DNA of 64,000 nucleotides, taken from the NCBI GenBank assembly GCA_030141605.1, contig JAQGDQ010000676.1:50609-114608 (forward strand), in the 5' to 3' direction. Position 1 is the stretch's first letter. Each line of letters opens with the position of its first letter. Shown here piece by piece: positions 50,480 to 63,814 of this stretch. Both the position numbers and the translations under genes were made by a program. Origin of the DNA: Tubiluchus corallicola (taxonomy: Eukaryota; Animalia; Priapulida). The notes below the pieces were generated by a model, which saw nothing but the letters and a program-made list of their open reading frames with translations, was not told the DNA's origin and made no database searches.

Positions 50480-52844
50480 CGTCATACTGATGAATCCTCG
50501 TAATAAATCTGTAAGTAAAATAACAGCAATAAGTAAGTATGTAATAAAATCTAAATTTTCAAAGCAAGGAAAAAATAATGATGACAGACTCCCACAATTG
50601 ACTGAAAACCGAACTTTGCTTGGATTTCAACCAGGCATCTTCTGCTTACAAGTCAGCCCCCATAACCACTGGACCACCCAGTCATCGTAAGAGTTCAAAG
50701 TTCATCTGTTATAGCTGACCAGCCAAAATTTGGTCCAGGGATTTGTCCCTGGTTCAAATCCAGGCTGCTTTCCTAATTCAAATTGCCTATTTTTCAAAAT
50801 TCGATTAACTGTGAATTTGCACCATTATAATTGTGTTGCTAACAGCTATTTTATGAAACTATTTTATAACCATTAAAAGTTCGTAAACCTGACTGATAAC
50901 TTCTACATTACACCACAACATTTTACATTACTGAATTTAGCAAAAAAGTAGCAAAAGCATCACTTTATCCACTTAGTTTGTAGCAAAGGTATTACCTTTA
51001 ATTAAGCAGTGTAGAATTACTCTAATCGGCATCAACACCTCGTGTTTTTTATGTAAAATTGGAAAATACTAACCTTATATATTTATGCAAAAGAGGTTAT
51101 ATACACAAGCTTGGCCGCAAAAAGTTATTTTGAACTTCCTTATTTTGCTTTATTTCAAATTTTATGTTCTTGCACCATTGATTTTTTTGCTTTGATAAGT
51201 CATTTATGGCTACGGATTTATCTGTGCAAACGGGAAGTAAATAATATTTTTATAACTTCTGAGTAACGAAGATACAAGACAGTTTGTTTAATATCAACAC
51301 TTGTGATTTATAATATTAGAGAACTCGATATTTTTATTTATGATAACACTAATGTTCCCATGTAAAACAGTTTGTTTTTAAGGCTTTTAAACATTTCTGT
51401 TTGTTCAAAGTTAACAATTATTTTTATGAATTATTGTTGTAGTTTCAAATAAAATTAATTAGTGATTAATGACTGTATCACTCGATGAGATTTTACATTA
51501 CTGACAATTCTGATTTTAGAAAGAGTAGAAAGGAATATTTCCTTATGGTATCAACGCTTTTCTTAAAAAATTAGCCGACAATTAAAGATATCAGTAATTG
51601 ACTAGATTATAATATAATAGATTATATAAATAGATTATAAATTGCAAGCGTGTTTATAAACCTTTGCAGTTTATATTAACAATTATTACCCAATGTGGTT
51701 AATGAGTTACAGAAACATAGGAGATGCTGAAAAATTGTGGAGCAGTCAGGTTTGAACCCAAATACTGCATACTCCCATGCTCTCCTAGCTAAGTTACCAG
51801 TCAATATCTCAAACCTGCTCTGTGATGTTGAACTTGTAGCTCAGCTGACAAAGTGAGTACTAATCCTAATCCTAATCCTAATCCTAATCACAATAGTTTA
51901 TAAACAGTTTCGCAATCACAGTCATAATCTAATTAATTAAGTATATTGCCCTGACTAAGAAGTAAAGAATAACTCTAATCTGCCTCGAAACCTAATGTGG
52001 CCTTTTTAAGCAAAACTGGGAAACATTCATTAGAGGTTACATAAACAAAACTAGACAGCGAAAACATGTTTTGAACTTCCTTAGTGTAATTTTATATACT
52101 TGCATAACTTTGGGTATTTTTCGTTGATAAGTCAATTATGGCCATAATTTTATGCCTACAACATTGAAGTAAATAATCTCGTTTACGACTTCAAAACAAC
52201 AGATTTAGGTCACTGTCTGCATTGATATCAGAGTTGCATTGATATCGTATAGTGTAGTGTCACAGAAATCTATGCAAAAAGTTCAACGACTTTACTCCTT
52301 AGACAATAATAGACATAAAAAATCTAAATACTTTTTCATGCAACTTGGTGCCAAAAATTTTAGTGATTTTCTTTTGTTTGACTGTAGAAGATTATCATGG
52401 AGTTACTGGGAAAATATAATAGGCCCATTAATGTAAAATCACCGGGTTGGTACTTTCTTGCAATCTGTTTGCAAACTCTGAGAATTACGAATATTAAAAA
52501 CCAACGTGATCTATCTTCTCTTGTACTTGGATAGAAGGCAATGCACAATTCCTTCCGTCAGTAATTAGATAGACAGTGGTCATAATTAAGGTCAATTCGT
52601 AAGTGTGGTCGAATGCTTTTAAATAGAAATTTATATATTTATTTTATCTAGTAGACAAAAGCCTGTTACATTTGCATAAATAGTATAATTATTACATAAG
52701 ACTGCACTATAGTGAACAAGCTTAAAACATAAAAGCCCAACTGCAAAACAATTTAATTGTAATGAGATAGAGGCAATATAAAACAGATTTATATGAAAAT
52801 GTAAAAGTGAATAAGTGTATTCATATCAAAAAAAGTCTATGTGA

Positions 52845-53030
52845 TCTACTGCTAACAGAAATTTCTATTTTATTTGAGGTGTGAAAACCAAGAACATTTT
52901 TTGCTTGACATTCATATTATCAGGTAGCTTCGTGTTTTACTTTTCGTCTCTTAAGTATAGATCCAGTACCAGACAGGACACTTCCATACGTTTCCTATAA
53001 GCAGGTTGCTTCTGGCTTATCATCGAGTTC
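52845..53030 (-). pseudogene. Orphan degenerate Ig I-set exon
   Basis: Homologous to 45256-44996 (GSILKRRKVKHE..YECQ..NKIEISVS), with indels and a lost 5' end. Confidence 0.8.
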
Positions 53031-54527
53031 CAACGATAAAGGTCACAGATCAAGGTCATAGCTCAAATGTTAAGCTAAAATTAAGAAATCCCTGTTTCGT
53101 CAAGCCAGGGCGTGGACGGTCTCAAAAATGCTAATGATTTCATGTCTTCACTACTTAGTGAACTCGTATTTGTGATTTGTGGTTAGGGGGGAACCAATAG
53201 ATTGGGAGGCCAAGCAGTCTATAACTCTTCTGACATCCATCCACGAAACAACAGAATTGTGTGTAAGAAAAACGAAACATTTATTGGCAAATTACATGAA
53301 ACAGATTCAAAAATAATGATGAAATAGAGTTTACGCCATCGTGGATTAATCTAACTGGACCAGTAAGAGAGCAGAGACGTCTGATTTTATATAGGCCAGA
53401 TGCTTAACTTGGCTTCAACAGAAACTTACATTTTATGTGAAAGGGGTGTTTAGTGCACTATGCTCCTTTTGTGCTGTTTTTATCTTTTGTACATTGTTTT
53501 GTAGTCTTAATCTCTTATCTATTTTATGTGTTGTTTTAAATCTAAAATAAAACGCAAAATAAAAAAAATCTGTGGGATGTTTTCACCATTTATTGAACAA
53601 ATTTGCATAGTATAATAAAAATTATTATCATTATCAAAATGTAGCCTTTCATTCAATTTGCGTGTAATTGCTGTTTATTATTTTTTCACTTTTTGAAAAT
53701 CCGACTAGATTAAGAACACAAATCAATTGAAGGCGTAGACAAAACCATTACTGCTCCTAGGTATATCGTCTAATCCAAATTTATTTTTAAAACTGATATG
53801 TTTTAGAATCACCTTAGAACTTTCTTTTCTGTACCTGTAAGCAAATTGTAAAAAAAAATGCAGTAAGGGGCAGCTGATCAAGTGACCAACAGGTCTTTCA
53901 CTGCTCTTTCTCGGTAAGATTGAAATTGTCAAATAACCATGTCAACTTTAACAATTATCAAGAAAATGAAGTTGTCACTCTGTCTATAAAATTTTTACAT
54001 GCCATTTTATCTACTCTTGCTGTACATCAACTTTCTTAAAAAAATTTACCGCTTATGAAATCATATTAAATATAATCGAAAATCGAAAATTTTATCGACA
54101 GTATGATTTTTAATATAAATTTTTTACTATAAAATCACATGAATCGACTGCAGCTTCTACTTAAACAATCATTGCCAATGTATTATGTACAATTTATTAC
54201 CAATGTAGTATTTATTTATGTACAATACAATAGTGTTTGAACTTCACATTCTCAAACTAATGAAAATTTTCAAGCTTACAGACACATACATGTTTCAGTT
54301 TACTGGTGCAAATAAGAGCTAATTTATTATTATCACCATCATCGTCATTATCAGAACTATCAAAATCAGTTTACTTTCATTTTATCGCATTTTATATTCA
54401 TAGCAAATGAAAAAATAATCACTACATGTTAACTATATTTGAAAAGTTACACGTTGCAAATTTTATTTGGCGTCTGGCTCAACGCTTCGTTTAAGGTCGA
54501 GACAATAGTGTTCTGAATAAAACTGGA

Positions 54528-57505
54528 TCAACCGCCAACTAGGTACCCACTAAAGGAACCACTGTTATATGCACTAAGAATGCTTCCATAAAAATACTGA
54601 ACGTAAACCTGATCTCCTTTGTTTAACTTTAGAACAACAGAATTCCCAGTGTGATGATAACCAGAAGAGCCTGCACCTAAAATTAAAATAAAAACTACAC
54701 AATTTCTTAATTTGTGAATTTGCAAATTACTTGATTTTTTTCAAATTTTTATCTTAATAAATGGTAATTTGATGGTACAATAAAAGGGCAATATATTTAT
54801 AGTTTGTTTTTACAAATACGTACTTTTTTACAAAACCGATAAATAAAGTTATCGAACGGAAGTTAACTGATATTCGGAGTAAAGTTACACTCGGTAGAAA
54901 ATCTGTATATGTTCAACAAATCGTCTCAAACTAAATTTGCTCCTATGTGGCAGCTTTCCTACTAGTATAGGAAACTTCTTGTATAGGTAACAACAATAAA
55001 CATTTACCTGCTTTTACCTGGTCTAAATAATTGCTGTTTATTGGTCAGACTTGCTTTTGTATCACCTAAGTTGATGCATCAAGCAGCAATGAGATCAGGA
55101 TAAATTTGTGTGAATCATACTAGTTCTCAGAAAGTTTTTAGTTGAACATTCCCTAACAAACAAACAAACAAGCCTACACCCAAACAAATAAATAGACAAG
55201 CAAATAAACAATGAAACGAACAAGCATACCTGAACATATCAAGTACATGCAAGGACCTCCATTTACAACGAGATGGGCTGCGTTGTCATATGAACGGTAC
55301 GAAACATTTAAATGCACTTCGAAGTGGTACGTGCCAGACATTGCTGCTGTAAAATATCCTAGTAACGAAAACAATAATTTGTGAATTGTGAATTTCATAA
55401 AGTTAAATATTGAGCAAAGTGGATCGATTTTCTTGTTTTATTTACATTGTTTTGATGCCACGTTTAACACTCAACTGTCAGAGTGGCCAGAGTGGAATTC
55501 TTATGTCAGTCGTATATCCTAAGTTTATATACAGATGTAAAAGCTAACCGTTAAAAAAGCAAATATTGTAGGGGCGACTAGCAGAGAAAATTGTACCTGT
55601 AGATGTGTTATAAGCGTTTCCAATATTAGTAACGGTATAAAGAAATCGAATCACGCTTTGCGTGCCTCCAGTCACATGTGGGTAGTAACTTGAAAATGCC
55701 AATGCTGAAAAAATGTTATTACAGTAATTATTTTTGAACAACCAAGGATCGAAATTGAAAATGCGTCTCTTTTTGTCTATCAGGTTTATATCAACTCTTA
55801 CCTTTTTACCAGAAAAATAGAATTATTACAGATAACATTGCAATAACATAAAGTGTCTGTTTGTGTTTCTCCTGATTCAAATGAGGATCTAATCAACAGT
55901 GAAACTCAAGGTCTCTGTTGGTGTTTCTTTTGATGCAGATAAAATTACCTGTGAAACTGCTTTGGAATAGAAAATCTATAGATAAGAAGTCCAAAAGAAT
56001 ATATGGAATTATAAATGGCATTTTACATTTAAGAATAAGAAGAAACTGAAAGAGTCTATTTACCGCTAACAGAAATTTCTATTTTATTTGAGGCGTGTGC
56101 ACCAAGAATATTTTTTGCTTGACATTCATATTGTCCGGCATCTTCATATTTTATTTTTGGTCTCTTCAGTATAGATCCAATATCAGGCAATACACTTCCG
56201 TCTAGTTTCCATGCATAGGTTGCTTCCGGGTTGGCATCAGACTTGCATTCGAGTTCCAAAGTTGCTCCCAATGCCATGCTAGAACTTCCATTAATAATAC
56301 TCAAAGACTCCCAACCTGCAGGGAGAAAAATATACAGTAAAACTATAGCTAGAAGTATTAAAATGGAATTGAGTTACTTTCCTACATTCAGTGAAGGATT
56401 GTTAGGGTACATGGATAAACTTGTATATTAATAGGTCCCAGTTATTTGGAGCTTTGACCACAATGCTGAAAAGTAGTTCAATTCCATTAACTAAATTTTC
56501 AAATGCCTAGCTACAGTTTCACTATACGTACTTTTTTCTTCAGGTTTGTCTTTCTACCTGTTTAGCTTCCGCGTGAATGCATAATTAGTGATGTTCATGT
56601 ACTGCAGGCTTTGCCTAAGTAACTATTTCCTGTTTGAATATCAAGGTTAAGATGACTGATAAACTCTGCAGCCAAAACATTTGACTCGTTTTTGGTGTTT
56701 TAGTTTTTAAAGTTTTTATAAAAGTTGTTTATTATTATTATAAACACCAATACCTATATTAAACAAAAGGAAACACATCATCACATTCCAAGGAATCGTA
56801 ACTAGTAACTATGGCGAAAGAAAAGCCCAGTCTTAATTAGTAAATTGTTAGCAGCCCGACGGTTGCATGTTACAGGTTCGAAATGCTTAAAAGAAATACA
56901 AAGAAATGAAGGAATGCAATCATAGATTTAGGCCGAGCAAGACGTGAAAAATCTTCAAAATCTGTTTTTAATTTTCGAATAGATTATCGTTTTCCTGTTT
57001 TTCTAGGATTACCACCATTATGGTACCAAGATTAATTTCGGTATCAAATTCAAACGGTAATGGTAATAGTCTCTTGGGTACATGTAATATAGTATAATTA
57101 ATTTTATCAAAAGTTTGTAAAACACAATTCTTCATTTTCTTGATTCTTCATTTACTACGTGATTGGCATACCTATTACAGTCAACCTGGCTTTCTTGGAT
57201 TCCTGTTCAATGTCGGGCTGTCGGTAATACTTGCACAAGTATACGCCTTCATCTTCCCGAAAATTTACCTCATTAATGCGAATGCCGTGCAAACCGGTTT
57301 GATGGAAATTGTTATCTAGATAAGATATTCGTCCTGTAATGTTCAAAACATCTTCATCTTTGTACCATTCCACGCGATAATTGAAGATCATGTGATCTCT
57401 GTTGATTCGGCATTCGAAAGTAGCAATGTCACCTTGCATCAAGTCAGTACTTTCTGGTTCCATGTCAAAGTAATCACCTCTTACCCCTGTACAATAATAA
57501 TAATC

Positions 57506-57592
<87 letters not shown>

Positions 57593-58081
57593 GTAATAAT
57601 AACAACAATAATAATAATAATAATATTAATAATAACGATAATAATAATAATAATATTAATAATAACGATAATAATAATAATATCAATGAAAAAAATACTA
57701 ATAATACACACACACTCGCGCGTGCACGCACGCATGCACGCACGCACGCACACACACATGTATCAACTTTATTTGAATTGTAATTTTTACAAAAAAACAA
57801 TTGCAATGCATTTAATTAGTAATATCTTGAACATAATAACAATATTTACAGGGATGTTAGTAGTTGAAATCATAATAATAACCTTTCAGCATATTTAAAG
57901 AGTTTAAAGGTTACGTAACATTTCATTCTATTACGTTATTAATACTAGTATAATTATGGCTCTCACACTGAAGTGCCTAATATAGTAAAGTTCCATATAA
58001 TATATGAATTCTATCTCAGAACTAACACTTACCATATATAATTAGAAATACAAGCAGACTAACACACTGCATGTTATGCAT
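54528..58081 (-). CDS. Secreted Ig-C1q protein, copy B: signal peptide + 2 Ig + globular C1q, ~333 aa
   Basis: Exons 58081-58033 (MHNMQCVSLLVFLIIY), 57486-57172, 56315-56064, 55704-55597, 55358-55230, 54676-54528; open and phase 1 throughout. The middle C2-type Ig of copy A is absent. Confidence 0.8.
57492..57682. repeat. (AAT)n microsatellite
   Basis: Direct reading; abuts the acceptor of the copy B V-type exon. Confidence 0.95.
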
Positions 58082-58210
58082 CGTGATATGACCTACTGAT
58101 GAATCTTCGTAATCTGCAATTTTAGTAGTAAGTAAATATTTAAAAAAAATCAAATTTTTTCGGCAAAGAAAATTTATATAATTGCACAACCTACAATTAA
58201 GTGAATCATT

Positions 58211-58211
<1 letters not shown>

Positions 58212-58260
<49 letters not shown>

Positions 58261-58440
58261 GGGGAGGGAGAGATAGAGATGGAGAAAGAGAGAGAGAAAG
58301 GGAGAGAGGGAGAGAGAGAAAGAGAGACAGAGAGAGAAAAAGAGACAGAGGGGAGAGAGAGAGAGAGAGAGAGAGAGACAGAAAGAGAAACAGAGGAGAG
58401 AGAGAGAGTGAATGACAGAGAGAGACAGAGAGGGAGGTAG
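58212..58440. repeat. (AG)n-rich microsatellite
   Basis: Direct reading; starts ~130 bp upstream of the copy B ATG. Confidence 0.95.
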
Positions 58441-60057
58441 AGTGCAAGAGAGGGGGGAAAAAGAGAGATCATTTAATGCATTTCTGTTTTTGTTTCACAA
58501 GTTTCAAATTTACCATTAATCTGCACAGCATAAACACAAGATTTTCTTCCTGGTGCTGTCCAAAGGCATGCCAGTAGCATCAAAATAAAAATTATATTTT
58601 AATATGTTTTGTGTCAAAAATTTTTCAAAATTTGTGTTAATTTAATGTTTTTTTATGTGGACTACTGTTGTAAATTTAAATGCTCATTGTACATTTAGCA
58701 ATAAGTTCTAATTCTAAATTTAGCAAACCTTAATAAGAATAGCAAAATCATTACCTTAATTAAGAAGTGTAGAATGACTCTAATCTGCAGCAGCACGTAA
58801 AATGTTTCTATGTAAAATTGATTTCCAATCATCCTTTATATTATGCAAAACAGGTCACGTAAACAAGCTTGGCCGTAAAAACCTATTTTGAACTTTTTTG
58901 TTTTCGTTTCTACAAAATAACGATGTCCTGCACCTTTGATTAGCTTTTGTTTGTTTACAGATTTTCGATGGATTTACGGATTATGATAACTGTTTAACAT
59001 TATTTACCAAGTACAAATGTCACTCCAAGCAAAAAGTTCAATAACTTTGAGCGTTAGATTAGAAACTTAGACATATCAGGTGGTGCAAAAAAATGTGCCA
59101 GAGTTTTGATCACAACATCATAAGAAAGAAACACAAAATCGTTTGAAAACTACCACACTGATGTTACAGAGAATTGTGTATAAACAGCAAAAATTTTAGG
59201 TAACTTATTTCTTTAGATTTGTCTAAAGCACAGAAGTTTCAAATCCAAAAATCAAAAAAAAAATAATCAAAAATTGTGTGTCACTAATGTTAAAATTTAC
59301 AGCAAATGCTTCACGTGTCCATCATTTTCAAATTATCATATATCTGATAACCAAGATAATTTCACAAAATGAATAAACTATTTATTTAGAATCAAATCAT
59401 GGAAAATTGTTAAATAAAAACAAAAATACTAACCATGTAGGCAGATATAATTACAAAGAAGGGCAGGGAAGAATAGTGTTACATTATTTACTCCTTAAAC
59501 AATAATAGACATAAAAAATCTAAATACTTTTTCATGCAACTTGGTGCTTAAATAACTTGATGCCAAAATTTTTAGTGACTTTTTTTGTTTGACTGCAAAA
59601 GATTTTCATAGAGTTACCGGAAAAATATAATAGGCCCATTAATGTACAATCACCGGTGGAGGAACTTGCTTGCAATCTCCTTGCAAACTCTGAGAATTAC
59701 GAATATCAAAAACCAAAGTTATCTATCTTCTCTTGTACTTGGATAGAAGGCAATGCACAATTTTTTCCGTCACCAATTAAATAGACAGTGGTCATAATCA
59801 AGGTCAATTCGTAAGTGTGGTCGAGTGCTTTTAAATTGAAATTTATTTATTTATTTTATCTAATAGACAAAAGCCCATTACAGTTGCATAAATGGATATA
59901 ATTATTACATACGACTGCACTATAGTAAACAAGCTTAAAACATGGAAAACAACTGCAAAACAATTTAGTTGTAATGAGGTAGAGGCAATATAAAACAGAT
60001 TTAAAATGAAAATGTAAAAATGGCAAGTGTATTCATATCAAAAAAAGTCTATGTAAT

Positions 60058-60245
60058 GTACCGCTAACAGAAATTTCTGTTTTATTTGAGCTGTGAAAAC
60101 CAAGAACATTTTCTGCTTGACATTCATATTGTCCGGTATCTTCGTGTTTTACTTTTCGTTTCTTAAGTATAGATCCAGTATCAGGCAGTACACTTCCATG
60201 TGGTTTCTATAAGCAGGTTGCTTCGGGCTCATCATCGAGTTCCAA
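60058..60245 (-). pseudogene. Second orphan degenerate Ig I-set exon
   Basis: Paralogue of 52845-53030 with the same 5' truncation junction (catcgagttccaac..aaaggtcac). Confidence 0.8.
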
Positions 60246-61842
60246 CAATAAAGGTCACATATCAAGGTCATAGCTCAAATATCAAGTAAGATTAAGAGAT
60301 CCCTGTTTCATCAAGCCACAGACGGTCTCAAAAATGTTAAAGATTTCATATCATCACTACTCAATGAACTCGTGTTTGTGGTTTGTGTAAACAATCGTAT
60401 TAATCAGCTGCATATATTCGTTTTAGCCTAAGAAATTGGATTTTAAATGCAGTAATGAAGTTTTATCTTGTAGGTGATACAGATTTTTCGATACAAATAA
60501 TTGTACTTCCACTACTGGAAATTCTTTAATAACCTCTTCATTTACTATTTAAACTAACCTATTGAACTGCAGATGGCTCCTCAGCCACAAGGTTTAAAAC
60601 TACCCAAGTTGGTTAGAGGGGAACCAATAGAATGGGAGGCCAAGCAGTCTATAACTCTTCTGACATTCATCCACGAAACAATAGAATTGTGCGTAAGAAA
60701 CGAAACTTTTATTGGCAAATTACATGAAACAGATTCAAAAATAATGATGAAATAGAGTTTACGCCATCGTGGGTTAATCTGACTGGACTAGTAAGAGAGC
60801 AGAGACATCTGATTTTATACAGGCCAGATGCTTAACTTGGCTTCAACAGAAACTTACATTTTACGTGAAAGGGGTGTTCAGTGCACTATGCTCCGTTTGT
60901 GTTGTTTTTAGCTTTTGTGCATTGTTTTGTAGTCTTAATCTCTTATCTGTTTTATGTGTTGATTTAAATCTAAAATAAAAAGCAAAATAAAAAAATCAGT
61001 GGGATGTTTTCACTATTTATTGAACAAATTTGTACAGTATAATAATAATAATTATTATTATTATTATCAAAATGTAACCTTGCATTCAATTTTCGTGTAA
61101 TTGCTGATTATTATTTTTTCACTTTTTGAAAATCCGACTAGAATAAGTGATTAAGAACACAAATAAATTGAAGGCGTAGACAGAACCATCACTGCTCCTA
61201 AGTATATAATCTAATCCAAATTTATTTTTAAAGCTGTTTGGTTTTTTGTGTAAGAATCACATTAGAGCTCTTCTGTACCTATAAGCAAATTGCAAAAAAA
61301 TGCAGTAAGGGGCAGCTGATCAAGTGACCAACAGGTCTTTCACTGCTCCTTCTCAGTAACATTGAAATTGTCAAATAACCATGTCAACTTTAACAATTAT
61401 CAAGAAAATGAAGTTGTTACTCTGTCCATGTAATTTTTACATGCCACTTTATCTACTCTTGCTGTACATCAACTTTCTTATAAAAAATTTTATATTCCGT
61501 CTAGCTTCAGTTTAAACAATCGTTGTCTAAATTCATTGCCAATATAATACAATACAATAGTCATTGAACTTCATATTCTCAAAATAATGAAAATTTTTAG
61601 CTTATAGACGTTCATACATGTTTCAGCTTACTGGTGCAAATAAGAGCTTTTTGCTCATTTAATCGCCATCACCATCATCGTCTGAATCATTAATATCAGT
61701 TTACTTTCATTTTATCATATTTTATATTCATGGCGAATGAAAATTTAATCAATACATGTCAAATATATTTTTGGCGTTTCATTTGGCGTCTGGCTAAATG
61801 CTTCACTGAGGCCCAGACAATACTGTTCTGAGTAAAACTGGA

Positions 61843-63814
61843 TCAACAGCCAATTAGATATCCACTGAAAGAGCCTTCATATGAACCAGCAATGGTGCCA
61901 TACTGATACTGAACATAAACCTGATTTCCTCTGTTTAGGCTTAAAACAACAGAATTCCCAGTGTGATGATAACGAGAAGAGTCGCCACCTAAAATTAAAA
62001 TAAAAACTAGACAATTTCTTAATTTGTGAATTTGCAGATCAGTTGTTTCTTCAGCAAACTATCTCAAATGAATTTTGCACCTACCCAGCAGTTTTTCTCT
62101 AAGGAAACTCTTGTGCGGGTAACAACAATAAACATTTACTAGTTTGCACCTGCCAAAATGATCAATGTTTTTGACCAGAATAAATTCATTTATATAAAAA
62201 ACATTTCTGTGTCCTGAAAAATTGAAAAAATGTTTGTCATGTGTCTACGCCATTTTTTCAGCTTTGCTGAGAACAGATTTTTATTCAACTGGTACACACA
62301 CAATTTCTTTTCAATCCCATTCAATTTTAATTTTTTTACCTTTTTATAATACTACAGTAAAACATGATTTATAAAAGAATCGCTAATGAGTTTTGAAGAT
62401 GGTTAAAATGTACAGATAGATCTAGAACTAGAGAAAGGATAGCGAAAAGACTATAAAGTCATCTAGTCTGCTATCCTTTACTGAATATAGATAAAATGAT
62501 TTTTGGACACTGGTGGGCATTAATGTTATCAGTTTAATTTAGGACACATTAATAATTTTAAAATTATTACATTTGGTATATTAAGTAATCCAGTGTAAAG
62601 AAAATACATGGACTTTAATTAAGGGCAATAAAATAAGGTCAGCCTTAATTAAACTAAAAATACCGTTTAGATTTTATGTGAAATATCAAGATTGTTATGA
62701 AATGATAAAAAGACTTTGGGTTAATAATGCAATTAATCAACAACAGAAGTTAAATGCATTTTGATTTGAGTTCAACTTCATTATTTCTAGGCTTATTGAT
62801 TAAGAACAAATCTACTGACTTGGACAATAATACTAAATAATATAATTCTCAATGTACTGATAAGGCAAATATTTAGCTATATAGGTTTTTTAGTAATAAG
62901 CAGCTCTCTTCTCCTCCCCCAAGTTCCTCTGCAAATACTGTTTTTAACTTTCTCTAGTTTAGAACAAACAAAACGAACAAACATACAAACGAACGAAGAA
63001 ACAGGCAGACAAACAGACAGATAAACAGACAAGCAAACACATGAACAAACGAACAAACAAACATACCTGTACATAGCAAGTACATGCGAGTACTTCCATT
63101 TGCAATGAGATAGGCTGCGTAGGGATATGAACCGTATTTGATAGCTAAATGCACTTCGAAGTGATAGGTCCCAGACATGGGTGCTGTAAAGTATCCTGTA
63201 ATTAAAACAAGAAATTGCTATTTATGAATTTTATAACATCATGAAGCAAAGTAGATCGATTTTCTTCCTTGATTATTTAGTTTGTTTTGATAAATTGCAA
63301 CGTTTCCTTCAGAAATGGCAGCTTGGAAAGCTTGCGTGTTCCTGACCCCCTTAATTTTAGTTTTTGTCCCCTAGAACAAAATTTTCTGGTGCACAAATGG
63401 CTGATTGCCAGCCGTACTCAACAACTTGGCACCACCAAACCACATACCGAAAAATGTGGCTCTAACGCTAAAACTGTAGGAGGAAGACCAACCTGCTCCA
63501 TGACCTTTGACCCAGGGGTGACGGCTCATGTATAAACATAAATCATCCTGCCCGAGGAGTGTGCCCTGTGAGTCTTGCGAATCTGACATTTGAGTTATTA
63601 AAGAAACACAGGTGAGAAAGAAATAGAAATAAAACTAATAAAAACCATGGGTACAACACGAAGATTCGGCTGCAAATAGAATCTTAACTAGCAGAGAAAA
63701 TTATACCTGTAGATGTGCTGTAAGCATTTCCAATATTAGTAAAGGTTCTCTGAAATCGGATCACGCCTCCCCTGCTTCCACTATAAGTTGCGTCGTAACT
63801 TGAAAATGCCAATG
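61843..63814 (-). CDS. Ig-C1q family copy C: three gC1q exons; 5' part lies beyond the window
   Basis: Exons 63814-63707, 63195-63067 and 61988-61843; intact frame ALAFSSYDATYSG..GYFTAPMSGTYHF..SFSGYLIGC*. Confidence 0.85.

Noticed and set aside
51861-51890. Telomere-like (CCTAAT)n
   Set aside because: Only about five units and not TTAGGG; an ordinary microsatellite.
57392-58472. Poly-I/L and (ER)n/(SL)n ORFs
   Set aside because: Microsatellite translations.
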